From Bispira polyomma (lineage: Eukaryota), in the NCBI GenBank assembly GCA_965649765.1, contig OZ287749.1, forward strand, positions 5,642,001-5,706,000: a DNA stretch of 64,000 nt, given 5' to 3'. This document shows, in pieces, positions 50,994 to 62,542 of this stretch. The first letter of the stretch is position 1. The number at the start of each line of letters is the position of its first letter. The notes below the pieces were generated by a model, which had not been told where the DNA came from, made no database searches, and was given only the letters and a program-made list of their open reading frames with translations. Made by a program: the position numbers and the translations under genes.

Positions 50994-53900
50994 TTTAAAA
51001 TCAAAGCAGCTGGAGAAATGTATGCAGTCACTGCAGTGACAGTGGTTGATTGGGATAAAGGGATCATGTCTGATTTGTACTCTACCATCATGAGTGGTAA
51101 TGAAGAAGAAGATGAAGGAACAGTTGGCATGGTTAACAATACAAACTCTGGATATATAGTAGTCATAGATGCCCTAGACGGTGACACTTACCTGGAGGAA
51201 TATTCTATGGAAAGTCAAATAGAGGGAAATAGTTTTGGTTTTCATATAGTTAAAGGTACCAATGTATACTTGATATCATTCACAGCATGTAATTTGTACA
51301 AGTGTTGAACTTATGTTGCGATAGAAGTGCTAAGCATCAAAAAAGAAAAAAGAGCACAAACAATTGTATAAAAATAGAAATTTACCCTATCATTAGCCAA
51401 AATGCAGATGATTGATATAGTGATGTTGTTGTGTTAAACTTAAACCAGCATATATTTTGTTTGTTTAATATTCTCAAACAATGATGACACAAGCTCTATT
51501 ATCCATTTTCGTGACACTCTTAAATAATAATAGTACATCTTCTATTTCATTGACTTCCTCTCACTCAGACAGAATTTTGCGCTATCATTAGCATACATAA
51601 ACAGAGACGGTATCTATCATTATATCCTCTGGGCTCTATATTTAGCACATAAACTAGTGCTATACACAGACCAATACATCAACTATCATGTGATCCTATT
51701 TGCTATATATGTAACATCTTAACCTGTTTTACACACAGACCAAGATGGCGTCTATCATGTTATTCTCTGGGCTCTATAAGTAACATTTTAACCTGTTGTC
51801 TACATAGACCAAGATGGCATCTATCATGTGATCTTCTGGGCTCTGTATGCAACATATTAACTAGTGTTGTATATCAACTATCCTGTTTGTTTTATATATA
51901 TATTAACCTGTTTCACGCATGAACCAAGATGGTATCTATCATGTGATCCTGTAGGCTCTATAAGTAACATACTAACCTGTTTTATACACAGACCAAGGTG
52001 GTTTCAATCATGTGATTCTCTGAGCTCTATATGTAACATATTAACCTGTTTTATACACAGACCAAGATGGCGTCTATCATGTGATCCTTTGGGCTCTATA
52101 TGTAACATATTAACCTGTTTTACACACATACTAAGATGGTGTCTATCATGTGATCCTCTGGGCTCTATATGTAACATATTAACCTGTTTTACACACAGAC
52201 CAAGATGGCGTCTATCATGTGATCCTCTGGACCCTCACACTGAACTCTAGCAGAACTTTAGACTTTGTACTGGACTTTGACCCCACCACTGACTTCCATA
52301 CATACAGTCTTGTGGTTAATGATGGGGATATCCCACTAACTATGGTGAGGTTATATAAAAAATGCAATGTATTTTCCAGAAAAAGTCCTGTTCATGTTAT
52401 TTTATTCAGCCAAATCTTTTGTCATGTTACATTTTTGTTTATTTTACTGTGTAATCACTAAGTTAAAGATTTGACCAAATCAAAATGAAGTCCAATTTGT
52501 GGTGTGTCTTGGAAATTTAAAATGGTAGCTGCCAAATGATAGTCTGGGCACTATATGTTAATATTTATCAGACATATACATGCACAAATGAATCTAATTA
52601 GGGTGGAAGTGTCCACTTGTATATTTCCCCATTGAAAAGAAGTCTTGGAAAACTATGTTTTAGTGATGAATAATTGTCTAAAAGTAAGAGTTAAAATTGA
52701 AAATTAAAATTAATTGTTTGAGCTGATGGCGGGCACAATTATTGAAAAAAAAATCTGTTTTAAACAATAAATATCCTGTAAACAGTTTAATTATATTTAC
52801 TCTAGGATGACTAGAATGTGAAGCTTCTCATTGATAGTCAGTACAAAGGTGATATAGCTGGGATTTCTGCTGTGGGTCAGGAGGCCACAGTTGTACTTGG
52901 TCTGTACAATAACCATGGCTTGATGGATGAAACAGAGGATGTGTTTGATGCCCAGAAACCTTGGCAATCTTCAGGAATTTTAGGTACTGAATTATTTTAT
53001 GTAGTTTCTATAATTCTATGACAGTTGAGTCTTTTCTCTGTTGTTTCTCTAAATTAAGATGCCACTAGGAATGTAGAGAAGCTAGTTTTATTCCAAGCCT
53101 GGTGCTACCAAATACTGGAAGATGACCATTTATAATTTAAAATCATTGGTACCAATCCCAATTATAAAACAAGCAAAGTGGTTCAATGACCACTTTTTGT
53201 GGCAGTCTAAACTCCTTGGTCCATGTCCAAAGTAAAAGAGCTTTGCTAAACTTCTATATATGTGCTTCATAATGTATCAGGCATCATTATTTAAACTGAT
53301 CACAATAAACTACAAAAATGAGTTTTAACAAGATTTGCATAATAATCGTAAGGTAAACATGAAGTGATTTAAGAAACTATGAAACATGAATCTCCATGTA
53401 CTAAGTTTGACCAGAGTGAAATTATAGGCCAGTACTATACGCTATTACCATAGAGTTTCTGCTTGCTAAAATACCATGCAAAAAAATGTTTTTCTTTATC
53501 CAAACCAACTCCTTTATTTTGTATATTTCCAAGATTCTCAGCCTCATCAGAAGAACTGTGTCGCTATGGTGACCCATTTATTGGAGGAGATCACCCCATT
53601 GTAGAGTTCTATGCTGGTATTGGGTCGGAGGCAGGTCTGGATGATGTGGTAAAATTCCAAAAGGTAATATGCAGTGCTAACCATTGATCATATATCATAA
53701 TGAAGCAGATTAAATTAGTTCAAGATAACAGTGCTACATGGTAAAATCACCAAACTTTGTTTTACATGGATACCTATAAAAGCCCCTCAAACAGTCATTT
53801 TCCTATATGGGATTAGATCATAAAATTTATCAAATTATTATACAATGATCCAAAATGTTGCATTAGATTATTGTGAAATAATAGACCAAACCTGGATATC

Positions 53901-56900
53901 CTTAAAGTCAAAAGGTGGAAAATGGTTTCCAGGGGAGAATTTTGAAGTTGTACTAAAATAAGGATAGGGCTCAAGGTAGTATCATTTCATGAACAATGTT
54001 CATTAACCTGCCACACTGGGGATAGGAGTGGCTAACTTGATTCTGAAACTGTTGTAATGGCTTTTTATTGTACAGGCAGCCCAGCCCTGTATCCCTTGTC
54101 TGCATCCATGTGATGACAGGATCTGTGATCCAGACTGGGATTCCTCCAAAGTACAACTGATTGAGATTGTTCTAGATGAGCTTCAGTTGGAGCCAGCAGA
54201 TGACGTTCAGATAGATAACATCACTTTACCTGCTTCTTATTATCTGTCTGTTAAAGGGATTACAGGTAAGTCTTTTCAGATGGAAAACACCACTTGTAAA
54301 AGGGATTACAGGTAAGAGTATACAGGTTGATAATATGAACTTATTAGCTTGAATCTTATTTTATGTTAATGTATTACTCAACTATCTAATGATATTGGGC
54401 ATTCAACTTGGCTGGAGACTAATGTATGATTAAACACTAGTATTTATACATTATATTTGTACTATAACATGCTGGCCAAATCTGTAAAAAATATTAATAT
54501 CACAGGTTCAGGGAAGATTGCTTCCGCAAGTAGCAGTGGGTTTTACGTAGATCTGACTCCTCCTGTGATTGGTGAGATTTTCCATATTGATATGTCATGG
54601 AATGACTATGAACCTTCAGAGTATCAAGGCAGTAATTGTATCATTGGGGTATATTTCGAAGTCACTGAAGATGAAAGCATGGTATGTATACATCTATGCA
54701 AAAGAGCCTCAGCAACTTAATCTTAAATTTTGGAATATTTGAATAGACTGTGAATTTGAATATTTTAGGTTCTACGAGTTGTACCCTTCATGTGAAAACA
54801 TTACACAGTTTACATCACTTACCATTTAAAACACAGTATTACAATTGTCAACTATGCATACAAGAGTAGCACATCAAATAAGGAAAATTGCTTTTGCTTA
54901 ACATCAATACTTTTATAGGCGTGCACAGTAAATAATCTCTAAAGGTGCACAAGGGTGAACATGTGGTTACATAAATAAGTGCAACATATCCAGACAACTG
55001 GTTATCCACCTCTCAGTAATCATTCACTATACATTGTCAGATTCAGCAGTACCTTTGGGCAATAGGAACACAGCCATTTGGCACAGACATACAAGAGTTT
55101 GTTGATGCAGGAACAAATGAATTTGTCCAAAATGAAAACCTTGAGGGTGTGTTAGAGAATCACAGAACATACTATGTGACTATACAAGCTGTTAATTCTG
55201 CTGGACTGACGGCCACTGGTTCTTCACAGGGTATGTCAAATTTAACGCTTGGCAGTTATATTTTTTTGGTGAAGCTGCACATATTTGTCATGTTGTTGTT
55301 ACCAATTGTTAATACAAAAGTTAATTCCAAGGCACCATGTAATCTCAGTATAGGTGCAATTCAATGTTTAGCATGGCAAATGATGGTCAATATCAATAAA
55401 ACATAGTTTAGAAAATCTGTAAAAGATTTTGAATACTGTGTGTGTATAAAGTTTTTCTTGGCTGAATGTTTTAGAATATTTCTGTTAGTAAAAATTGTTA
55501 AAATAATGTTTCATATTTGAGTATTCATGTAAGGTGTCTTTGGATAAAACTTTGAAAGGTATTGTATAAAACTGCATACATGGTGGATACTAATACACTT
55601 TACATAATTGATAAATGGCAATATTTAGCCCTTTAATGACCTTGTCTGTTGAGCACATGTCGAAAACAGTATATTGCAGTTTTCATATCACTCGGAGATT
55701 TATGTAATTGTTTAATGTTGTTCTTACACAAATTTTAGCGAGACTACAGAAGTGCACTTTAAACACCATGTTTGCGTAATCCTGATTAAATCTCATCATT
55801 ATGTGTAAAAATAAGACTAAATACAGCCGTTTCTGTGCTTTACCGCAAAAAATGTCAGTCGTGATCGAGTTTTAAGACTGTAAGTATAATTAATGCCTGA
55901 TGACCGGTTTATGGAGGACACTCCTGGACACTCTTAGACACTCACCACCTACAGGAATATATAGATATATGTATTGTATGTTAACTTGGCACTCTATCAA
56001 TCCTTCTATAATTATAAAATGAATGTTATGTTGACTTTTGTGTATTGTGTTATTTTATTTGTCATGCAAGATATTGTATAATGTATATTTAATCATAGCA
56101 TCCTGTGCAAATATTAGCATAACTTCAGTTGAATGAAGTACTTTACCTCTGACATGATAGAGATGTTCTTACTACAGGAATCACTACACTGTTTGATGAA
56201 CCTGATGTATCCGATGCAGCCACATCTGTAGAAGGCACCACCCCTATTGGGGATGCAGACACTTCTAATACTGTGGAAACTTCCAGCCAGACGTCCATTG
56301 ATTTTTCTTGGGAGAGTCCAGAATCAGCCCAAATTGAGACAACACACTGTGGTGTGGGAACTACTGAAAATGAAAATGATATTTTCCCTGAAACACCGGT
56401 AATGTGGTATCATAGTTGTGGTAGTTCCTACCTATATGCTAATAAGAAGTATTCATACGGTATAATATTGGACTATTTGAGCACTAATAAGGAGAGTAAT
56501 GAACAAGGTTGACAATTTTGGACTTCAGATATTGCCAGGAAAATATAGAATATAATTGTCATGCTAATTATTTATGCAATGCTAATTATTTATGCAAATG
56601 CCATCTTTGTATGTTTGTACTACATGTATTTGTATTGCGTAATTATTGTACTGTATGTGTTTTTTTGTAGAATTCATAAAATGCCTTTATTATTAATGTA
56701 CAATGTATGATAAAGAACATTTTAAAACTTTGTGAACCAAAATACTTTGTGTAACTCGATTCATTATCACTTGATTTTTCGCCCAAAATTGAGCTATGCT
56801 GTAAGTCCCATTATTTATGATTTTTTGCCACATTATAAAAGGATGACTTAAACTAGAGGCAAAAATATATCTGTTTTCCATTGGGATGTGTTTATTGAAT

Positions 56901-59900
56901 GACAATTGAATGTGACATGTTTTACCTGACACTGCGTGCAATCATGTTTTCCCACTTTGCAAAGTTACAGCCTTTTAAGACAATACTCAAGAAAAATCAC
57001 AAAGCAACACTTTTCTGTACATCCACTTTTATTGATCCTGGGCTGCTATCATTAATTATGAAAATTGATGTATCATGTTTGTGGTGTCAAAATGAAAACA
57101 TTATTTTGCAAGGGCCCTGGGGTGGAGAACATGCTGTTATTTTACTGCATTCCATGTTTGTATTCCAGTGCGGTTTAAACAACTCAGGGTCAGTCAGTAT
57201 CAGCTCTGAAGGGATGGGCATGGATGATGATGATAATAAAACTAATCTCTCTATTATTCAGCAGCCAAGACAGAAACGATCATCGGGTCAGTTGTTACTG
57301 GAACCAGGAAGGTAGCTGGAAGAATTATTCAGTGTAAATTAGTTTTATGTGGCCTAATTTTCATTTGGAATAAAGTGTGGTTGATTGTGACCTAAATAAA
57401 GTTGAATACTGAAAATTATTTGCATTGAAAAATCTTAATTTGCTGTTATCACATGAGTGCAAAGAGGATCAATAGTAAATGGAGAATCCAATAAAATGAT
57501 TAATAATTGTGGTTAAAAAACCGATTAGCAAATACCACATTGTATATCAGCAATTTTCATGTCTTGTTTCTTTCCTGCTATCCAGAATTTTGTACCCCAA
57601 GGTGAGAGGATGTAGTGTGTCCCACAAGTGTAGTAATCTACCAATGAACAATGTGATTATTCGCAGAACTAAAGATAGTATGCTTGTACCAGATAAAAAT
57701 GGGAAGATTAGTGGTCAGCTTATTTTAAACCCGGAAAACGGATTAAAATACATAGAAATTTCCACAGCATGGACACAAAACAAGGACAACTACCTAATTA
57801 TTGGCTCTCTGTCAGATTCAGATTTCCAAACAGAATATAAGACTGAAGCTACTCTTTCATATCACTCCTACATTGTAAACCCTGCTGATACCATACAATA
57901 CACAAGTAGAGAACTTAAAGGGAGGATTGTTCAATATCTGGAGAGTGGGTTTTATATGACTGGTACTCCCGATGGTACAATCAATGGGCCCATTGAGATA
58001 ACAGTAAAATATTTTAGCAGCTACTTCAATAATAAGCTTGACATCCGGGACACCGACTTTACTGACTTGGTGTGAAGTGGAGCAGGTCTGGGTAAACGTC
58101 TCTCGCAGCTGTAATGGGGAATATATCGCTTCTGTGGACTGGGAGAACAATACCTTTACTACCCCACTATGTGATGTTACATCAATATGTATAGAAAATG
58201 TAAAAGGATCATCGAAGAGAAAGAAAAGGCAGACAGACAATTATGATAATGGCTACAGTGGACCACTGTCTTTCCTAGTCGTAGCAGCAACTGAAAAGGT
58301 GATAAATAACCCTCCTGTTATTATTACAGACACCACCTACACCATTGATGAAGATGTAGGAACAATTACCTTCATCATAGTAGCTGGTGATCCAGATAAT
58401 GATGAAGTTATCTTTATGCTAGATCCTAACAGCACACATAGGGGAACTGCTTCCTTGGATCCAAATGGGCATGCCTCCTATAAGTCGTGTCACGATTGTT
58501 TTGGTACTGATGAGGTTATCTATATTGTTCGTGAAGTGAGAACAGATGATATTCCTGTCCTTGAGACAAGAGGATTGATCCGTATATTCATCAATGAAGT
58601 CAATGATAACCCAGTCCTTGTTTTTGTTCAACAAGGTGAAGCTTCCAGAGGGGTCATTACACAGACAGTGGATCATTACCAGGATTCAAAATTTTATAAC
58701 AGACTGCATATACTACTAGTGAGCTATGACGTGGACTTGGATAGTGTATCACTAGATATCAATGGAAAGAAAGGTGGGACGTTGATTCTGTATAGTGAAC
58801 CACAGGCATCTAGTGTAACCTTTCCGGATTGTGATACTGACTGGGGTTTACGTAAAGAAGACTGGGATATAGTCAAGGAGTATATTCTGGATCAGCAAAA
58901 CTTTAGATTACCTATACCCTGTGGTTTGGAGAAGGAGGTGAAAGGGAAATCTCTGAACTGGGTGGCTACTGTGGTGGAGTATACCCCAAATAGAGACTTC
59001 CTGGGGATGGACACTGTACAAGTATGTTATTTAGTTATTTTAATAACTGGCTTAGTGATTTTGTATTAGTAGAAGACATTCCATTATTAATATTTTGATA
59101 TATCTTGAAATTCCATGTAGCACACTACATTCATAAAACTTCTTTGATAGAAGTAGAAATATCTTGTATATAAAAGTAGGCATTAACTTGACCCATTATC
59201 CCATTATTTTTTACAGGTTTTGTCCCGTGACAAACACGGTCTTGTCTCGCAGATGTTAAAATTTGATATCTATGTGCTAGCTAATCCCTGTAAAAACAAT
59301 GCTATATGCAGAGGTCCTAGTTGGGATGTCAGATGCACAGATATTAGCAGAATAAATGGTAAATAATGATATTTAGTTAGGCTTGCTAATAAGTAACAAA
59401 GCTACAGAAAGCAGTGCTAATACAAGTCTGTGTTCAAATAAAAAATTAAGCTGGATTTTTCATTACTAAATGTTTCAAAAACAATATTTATACTCTTTTA
59501 AAGCAGTACCTCTTAAATTGATGAACATTTTACATTACAATCAACCAATTTTAGGGAATTTTAAACCATTCATGCCTCTTATATAATACATAAATATATA
59601 TGGCAGACATTAACATTACATATGTTTATTTTCAGTTTTTGATAACAACATTCTTTTATTCATTAAACTACTTTATTTGGTAGGCTTTGAGAACTACACC
59701 TGTGGCTGTTCTCCTGGTTTTACTGGATCTGTCTGTGAAGAAGACATAGATGAATGTCCCTCATCTCCCTGTCCTACTAACTACACGTGTGTAGACCAAA
59801 CCAACTCTTACCAGTGCATTTGCCGGGAAGGTTGGCCATGCATGGAGTTGGGTCCAAATGGCTGGATGATTGGTGTGATAACTGTAACAGTAATCCTAGT

Positions 59901-59985
59901 TGTGCTTCTAGCAGCGGAAGTCATGTTCTGTGGTTACAAGTTTATATCCCCTGGTGGTAAAGTGGAGCCATGGCTCGACCAGTAG
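50994..59985 (+). CDS. Gene B (3' part, 12 exons): type I membrane protein with a ConA/GH16-like segment, FN3-like repeats, Big_9/cadherin-like modules, 2 EGF domains (one Ca-binding) and a TM helix; 5'-truncated and possibly pseudogenised
   Basis: Exons 50994-51255, 52199-52344, 52806-52983, 53534-53663, 54076-54265, 54506-54681, 55041-55230, 56178-56398, 57169-57311, 57586-59021, 59217-59358, 59684-59985. Motifs: VDLTPP..G.I, YLWAIGT..FGTD, YYVTIQAVNSAGL, NNPP...IDED...DPDND...G...Y....D.FGTD...EVNDNP, DIDEC..SPC...CVDQTNSYQC, TM WMIGVITVTVILVVLLAAEVMFC. Lesions: TAG at 52812-52814, phase mismatch 52983/53534, frameshift at ~58012. Confidence 0.8.
51590..52230 (+). repeat. 69-bp tandem array (~9 copies) made of intron end + splice acceptor + first ~32 nt of gene B exon 52199-52344
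   Basis: Unit catattaacctgttttacacacag|accaagatggcgtctatcatgtgatcctctgggctctatatgtaa, with AG at 51737, 51806, 51990, 52059 and 52197. Confidence 0.93.
54253..54316 (+). repeat. Duplicated splice donor (18-bp direct repeat, 46-bp period)
   Basis: aaagggattacag|gtaag at 54253 and 54299. Confidence 0.85.
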
Positions 59986-61589
59986 TGAGTCAGTTTATTT
60001 TACAAGATTTTGTGATGTTTTTGCGACTCAACCTGACTTTGTGGGCTTTAGTACATACCATTGACTTTTGAAAATAGATATTTTAAAAGATTATTAAAAT
60101 GTATATTGTGGTACAGAATAAACCGGAATGTATATCTACATATATATATTGCTACTTTTGGATATAAATGGAAAAAAATTGACAATCCAATGTTTTGATG
60201 GAATCAAATTTTATTTGTAGCGATGTTTCTTATTTTTACTATGCTGGACCAATAACAAGCTTATGTTGGTGGTCTATTCTGTTGGTTGCTTAAGGATTTC
60301 AATTCATCCCATATGAGAGACCTCTGTATTGAGTATCTTTGTATAAGAGGATCTTATCTCTTAATCTGATGAGGTTGTATTGCCTGCAGAGGTATTTTAA
60401 TTAGCTTAATTCTGAAAAAGTTCGGTTTACTAAATGATTATCTGACATCATATTTATGTATTTTTCTAATCAAATGCTGTGTCTTTAACAGAAAGGAAAA
60501 ACAAAGACCTTTGTCATGCAACTCTAAGAAAAGACCAGGGAGTGCTGATAGGGGGCCAAGGTAAGGACACATGCAGTAGAATGAGACTAAACTAAGCTTT
60601 GCCAAATGTGCTCTCGAAAATTGATTTGTTTTAATTATCACACGATCTTATTATTTTTTATTTTTACGTCATATGGTCATTTTTATTTGTGTTGCAACAT
60701 ATTGTCATAATACAATAAGGTTCAGATACTTGAAAAGGTTTTGTTCACCCGCCAATTTATGGTTTATGTTTGAGAGCAAACTAAAGCCTATTGCATTTAC
60801 TTATAAAATTGTGACTATATTTCAATTTCTGTAGTTCAGGACTTTAATGAGAGCCAGTGACTATACATTTTTTAATTATTTAATAAGACACTGGCAAGAA
60901 TTTGCCTATGTGTTCATATCATCTTAAATTCAAGATAGCCTGGCATCTTTTCGTTGTTATAAAATTATGGAGAGTTACATGTGTGGTTTTATATTACTGA
61001 AGTGTGTATATTGTAACTAATTCAATACAAATGTTCAGATACCTTCATTGTTTATCAATTGGCCAATAAACTAAAGCTTTTATAAACTCTAAATAGCCAG
61101 AAATCATTTAGTAATATGTGTAAGCTTTCACGGGTTTTGATGCAACTGATCTTGTGCCTGCACGGGCACTTTTTTTAGATATCCTGAAAAGGTTGCACCA
61201 TTGGAAGGAATACACAACAAATCTTCTGACCACAGTCCATCTAATGTTGTCTTTGTGAACAAGTTAGACAGTCCTGTCTTGAAATGGGTATGTCAATTTA
61301 GAGGGGGAAAATATGGGAAGTAGTAATTTTTAACACAAACTTTTTCAAGCCATTGAGCAAATAGCTAAACTTAATTAATATTTTTCAGTTCCCAGTGGAG
61401 TGTGAAGTGACCTTAAGGTAAGTAAAAGGTCAAGTATGATTACTAAGGTAGGTGAGAGGTTAAGTATGAATACCATTCATGTTTGGAGAAATTTATTCTG
61501 TACAAGTTAGTTCTATATACAGGTAGGTAAAAAGTAGTTTAAAATGTAACTTGGGTAAAATTATATAATAAACCCAAGCCCAAACTAAA

Positions 61590-62536
61590 GGGAAGAGGGA
61601 ATGATGGACGCAAAAGTGGTAGGTATGACAGCTGCCTGGGAGGTAGAGTGCTGAAGGTAGGCCCAAATGGCTGAGCTGCGTCAAAGCCCATGGGACATTA
61701 TGTGTTGCAAGGACACATTGTTATTAAACGCCAAAGATGCCCCCGACCTACGAAATGTATGAAACCCGTAACTGTGGTCTACCCCTAGATGTTGTAACAC
61801 ACTCTTGAGTGCTGATCTAATGTGTGAATCCACTATTATTGAGTGAGGAGGGGAAGAGGATGCAAAAAGGGGGGCAGAGGGTGAAATGTCCCTAGATTGA
61901 AGGAGTTTGGTGAGAGCAGAAATGGGGCACAGTAATTTATTTTGTAGCACAGGCAGTTGGACTACATGAGTGTCAGTCCTATTCTGCATGTTTTTAGCCC
62001 ACTTGAGGATATGTGCTCCCGGTGGGTCAAAGATTACATCTTGTCTCAGGAAGTGTCTGGTAGGATCAAACCTACTCCTGGAATGGGGTGCCATATTTGA
62101 CATCCTAAAGAAACCAAAGAAAGCGACTAAAAAGAAGGGCCTATATAAGACAGGGTCATTTAAAATGGAACATGTTCTAGAGATGTTTTGAAGCATTAGG
62201 ATGTCAAAAATGCCTTTCTTTTGGGGCTTAAAGCTAGAGGAGAGTGCCAAGCTCCTCAGAAACATGGACACAGAGTTGTGACTTAAAACCTGGGTGTTAA
62301 GATTGTACTTAGAGAACATGAACTTAAGAGCAGTGACATAGTTGTTCATTACTCTAGGGGAGATATTGTTCTGAGTGAGGTACTCCAGAAATGCCAGAAT
62401 AGAATGTACTGAGACCTGTTGTAGGCCTGAATAATGAAAAAAAGCTAAAAAAAAGTCTTGAATTGTGAGTTATATGCACTGGCATCTAGTCGCTGTACTG
62501 CTACCAGAACCAGAGGTAATGTTGATGGGGCTGCAC
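61590..62536 (-). pseudogene. Tyrosine recombinase of second DIRS element, nonsense-truncated
   Basis: ORF 61681-62349 has the R...HxxR motifs. TGA at 61681-61683 sits at the conserved Trp position, and the catalytic Tyr (WAYL) follows in frame. Confidence 0.9.
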
Positions 62537-62542
62537 CTGTAA

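Noticed and set aside
44185-52230. CRISPR-like appearance of the two regular arrays
   Set aside because: Units are wholly repeated with no unique spacers, there are no cas genes, and the context is eukaryotic and intronic.
51864-52250. 128-aa Cys-rich repetitive ORF (LTCFTHRPRWxLSCDPLGSICNI)n
   Set aside because: By-product of the 69-bp (3n) tandem array, in a different frame from the real exon and with no independent coding evidence.
55610-57130. Possible MITEs in gene B introns (55615-55960, 56500-57130)
   Set aside because: TE-like words are present but I could not establish termini, TSDs or second copies.
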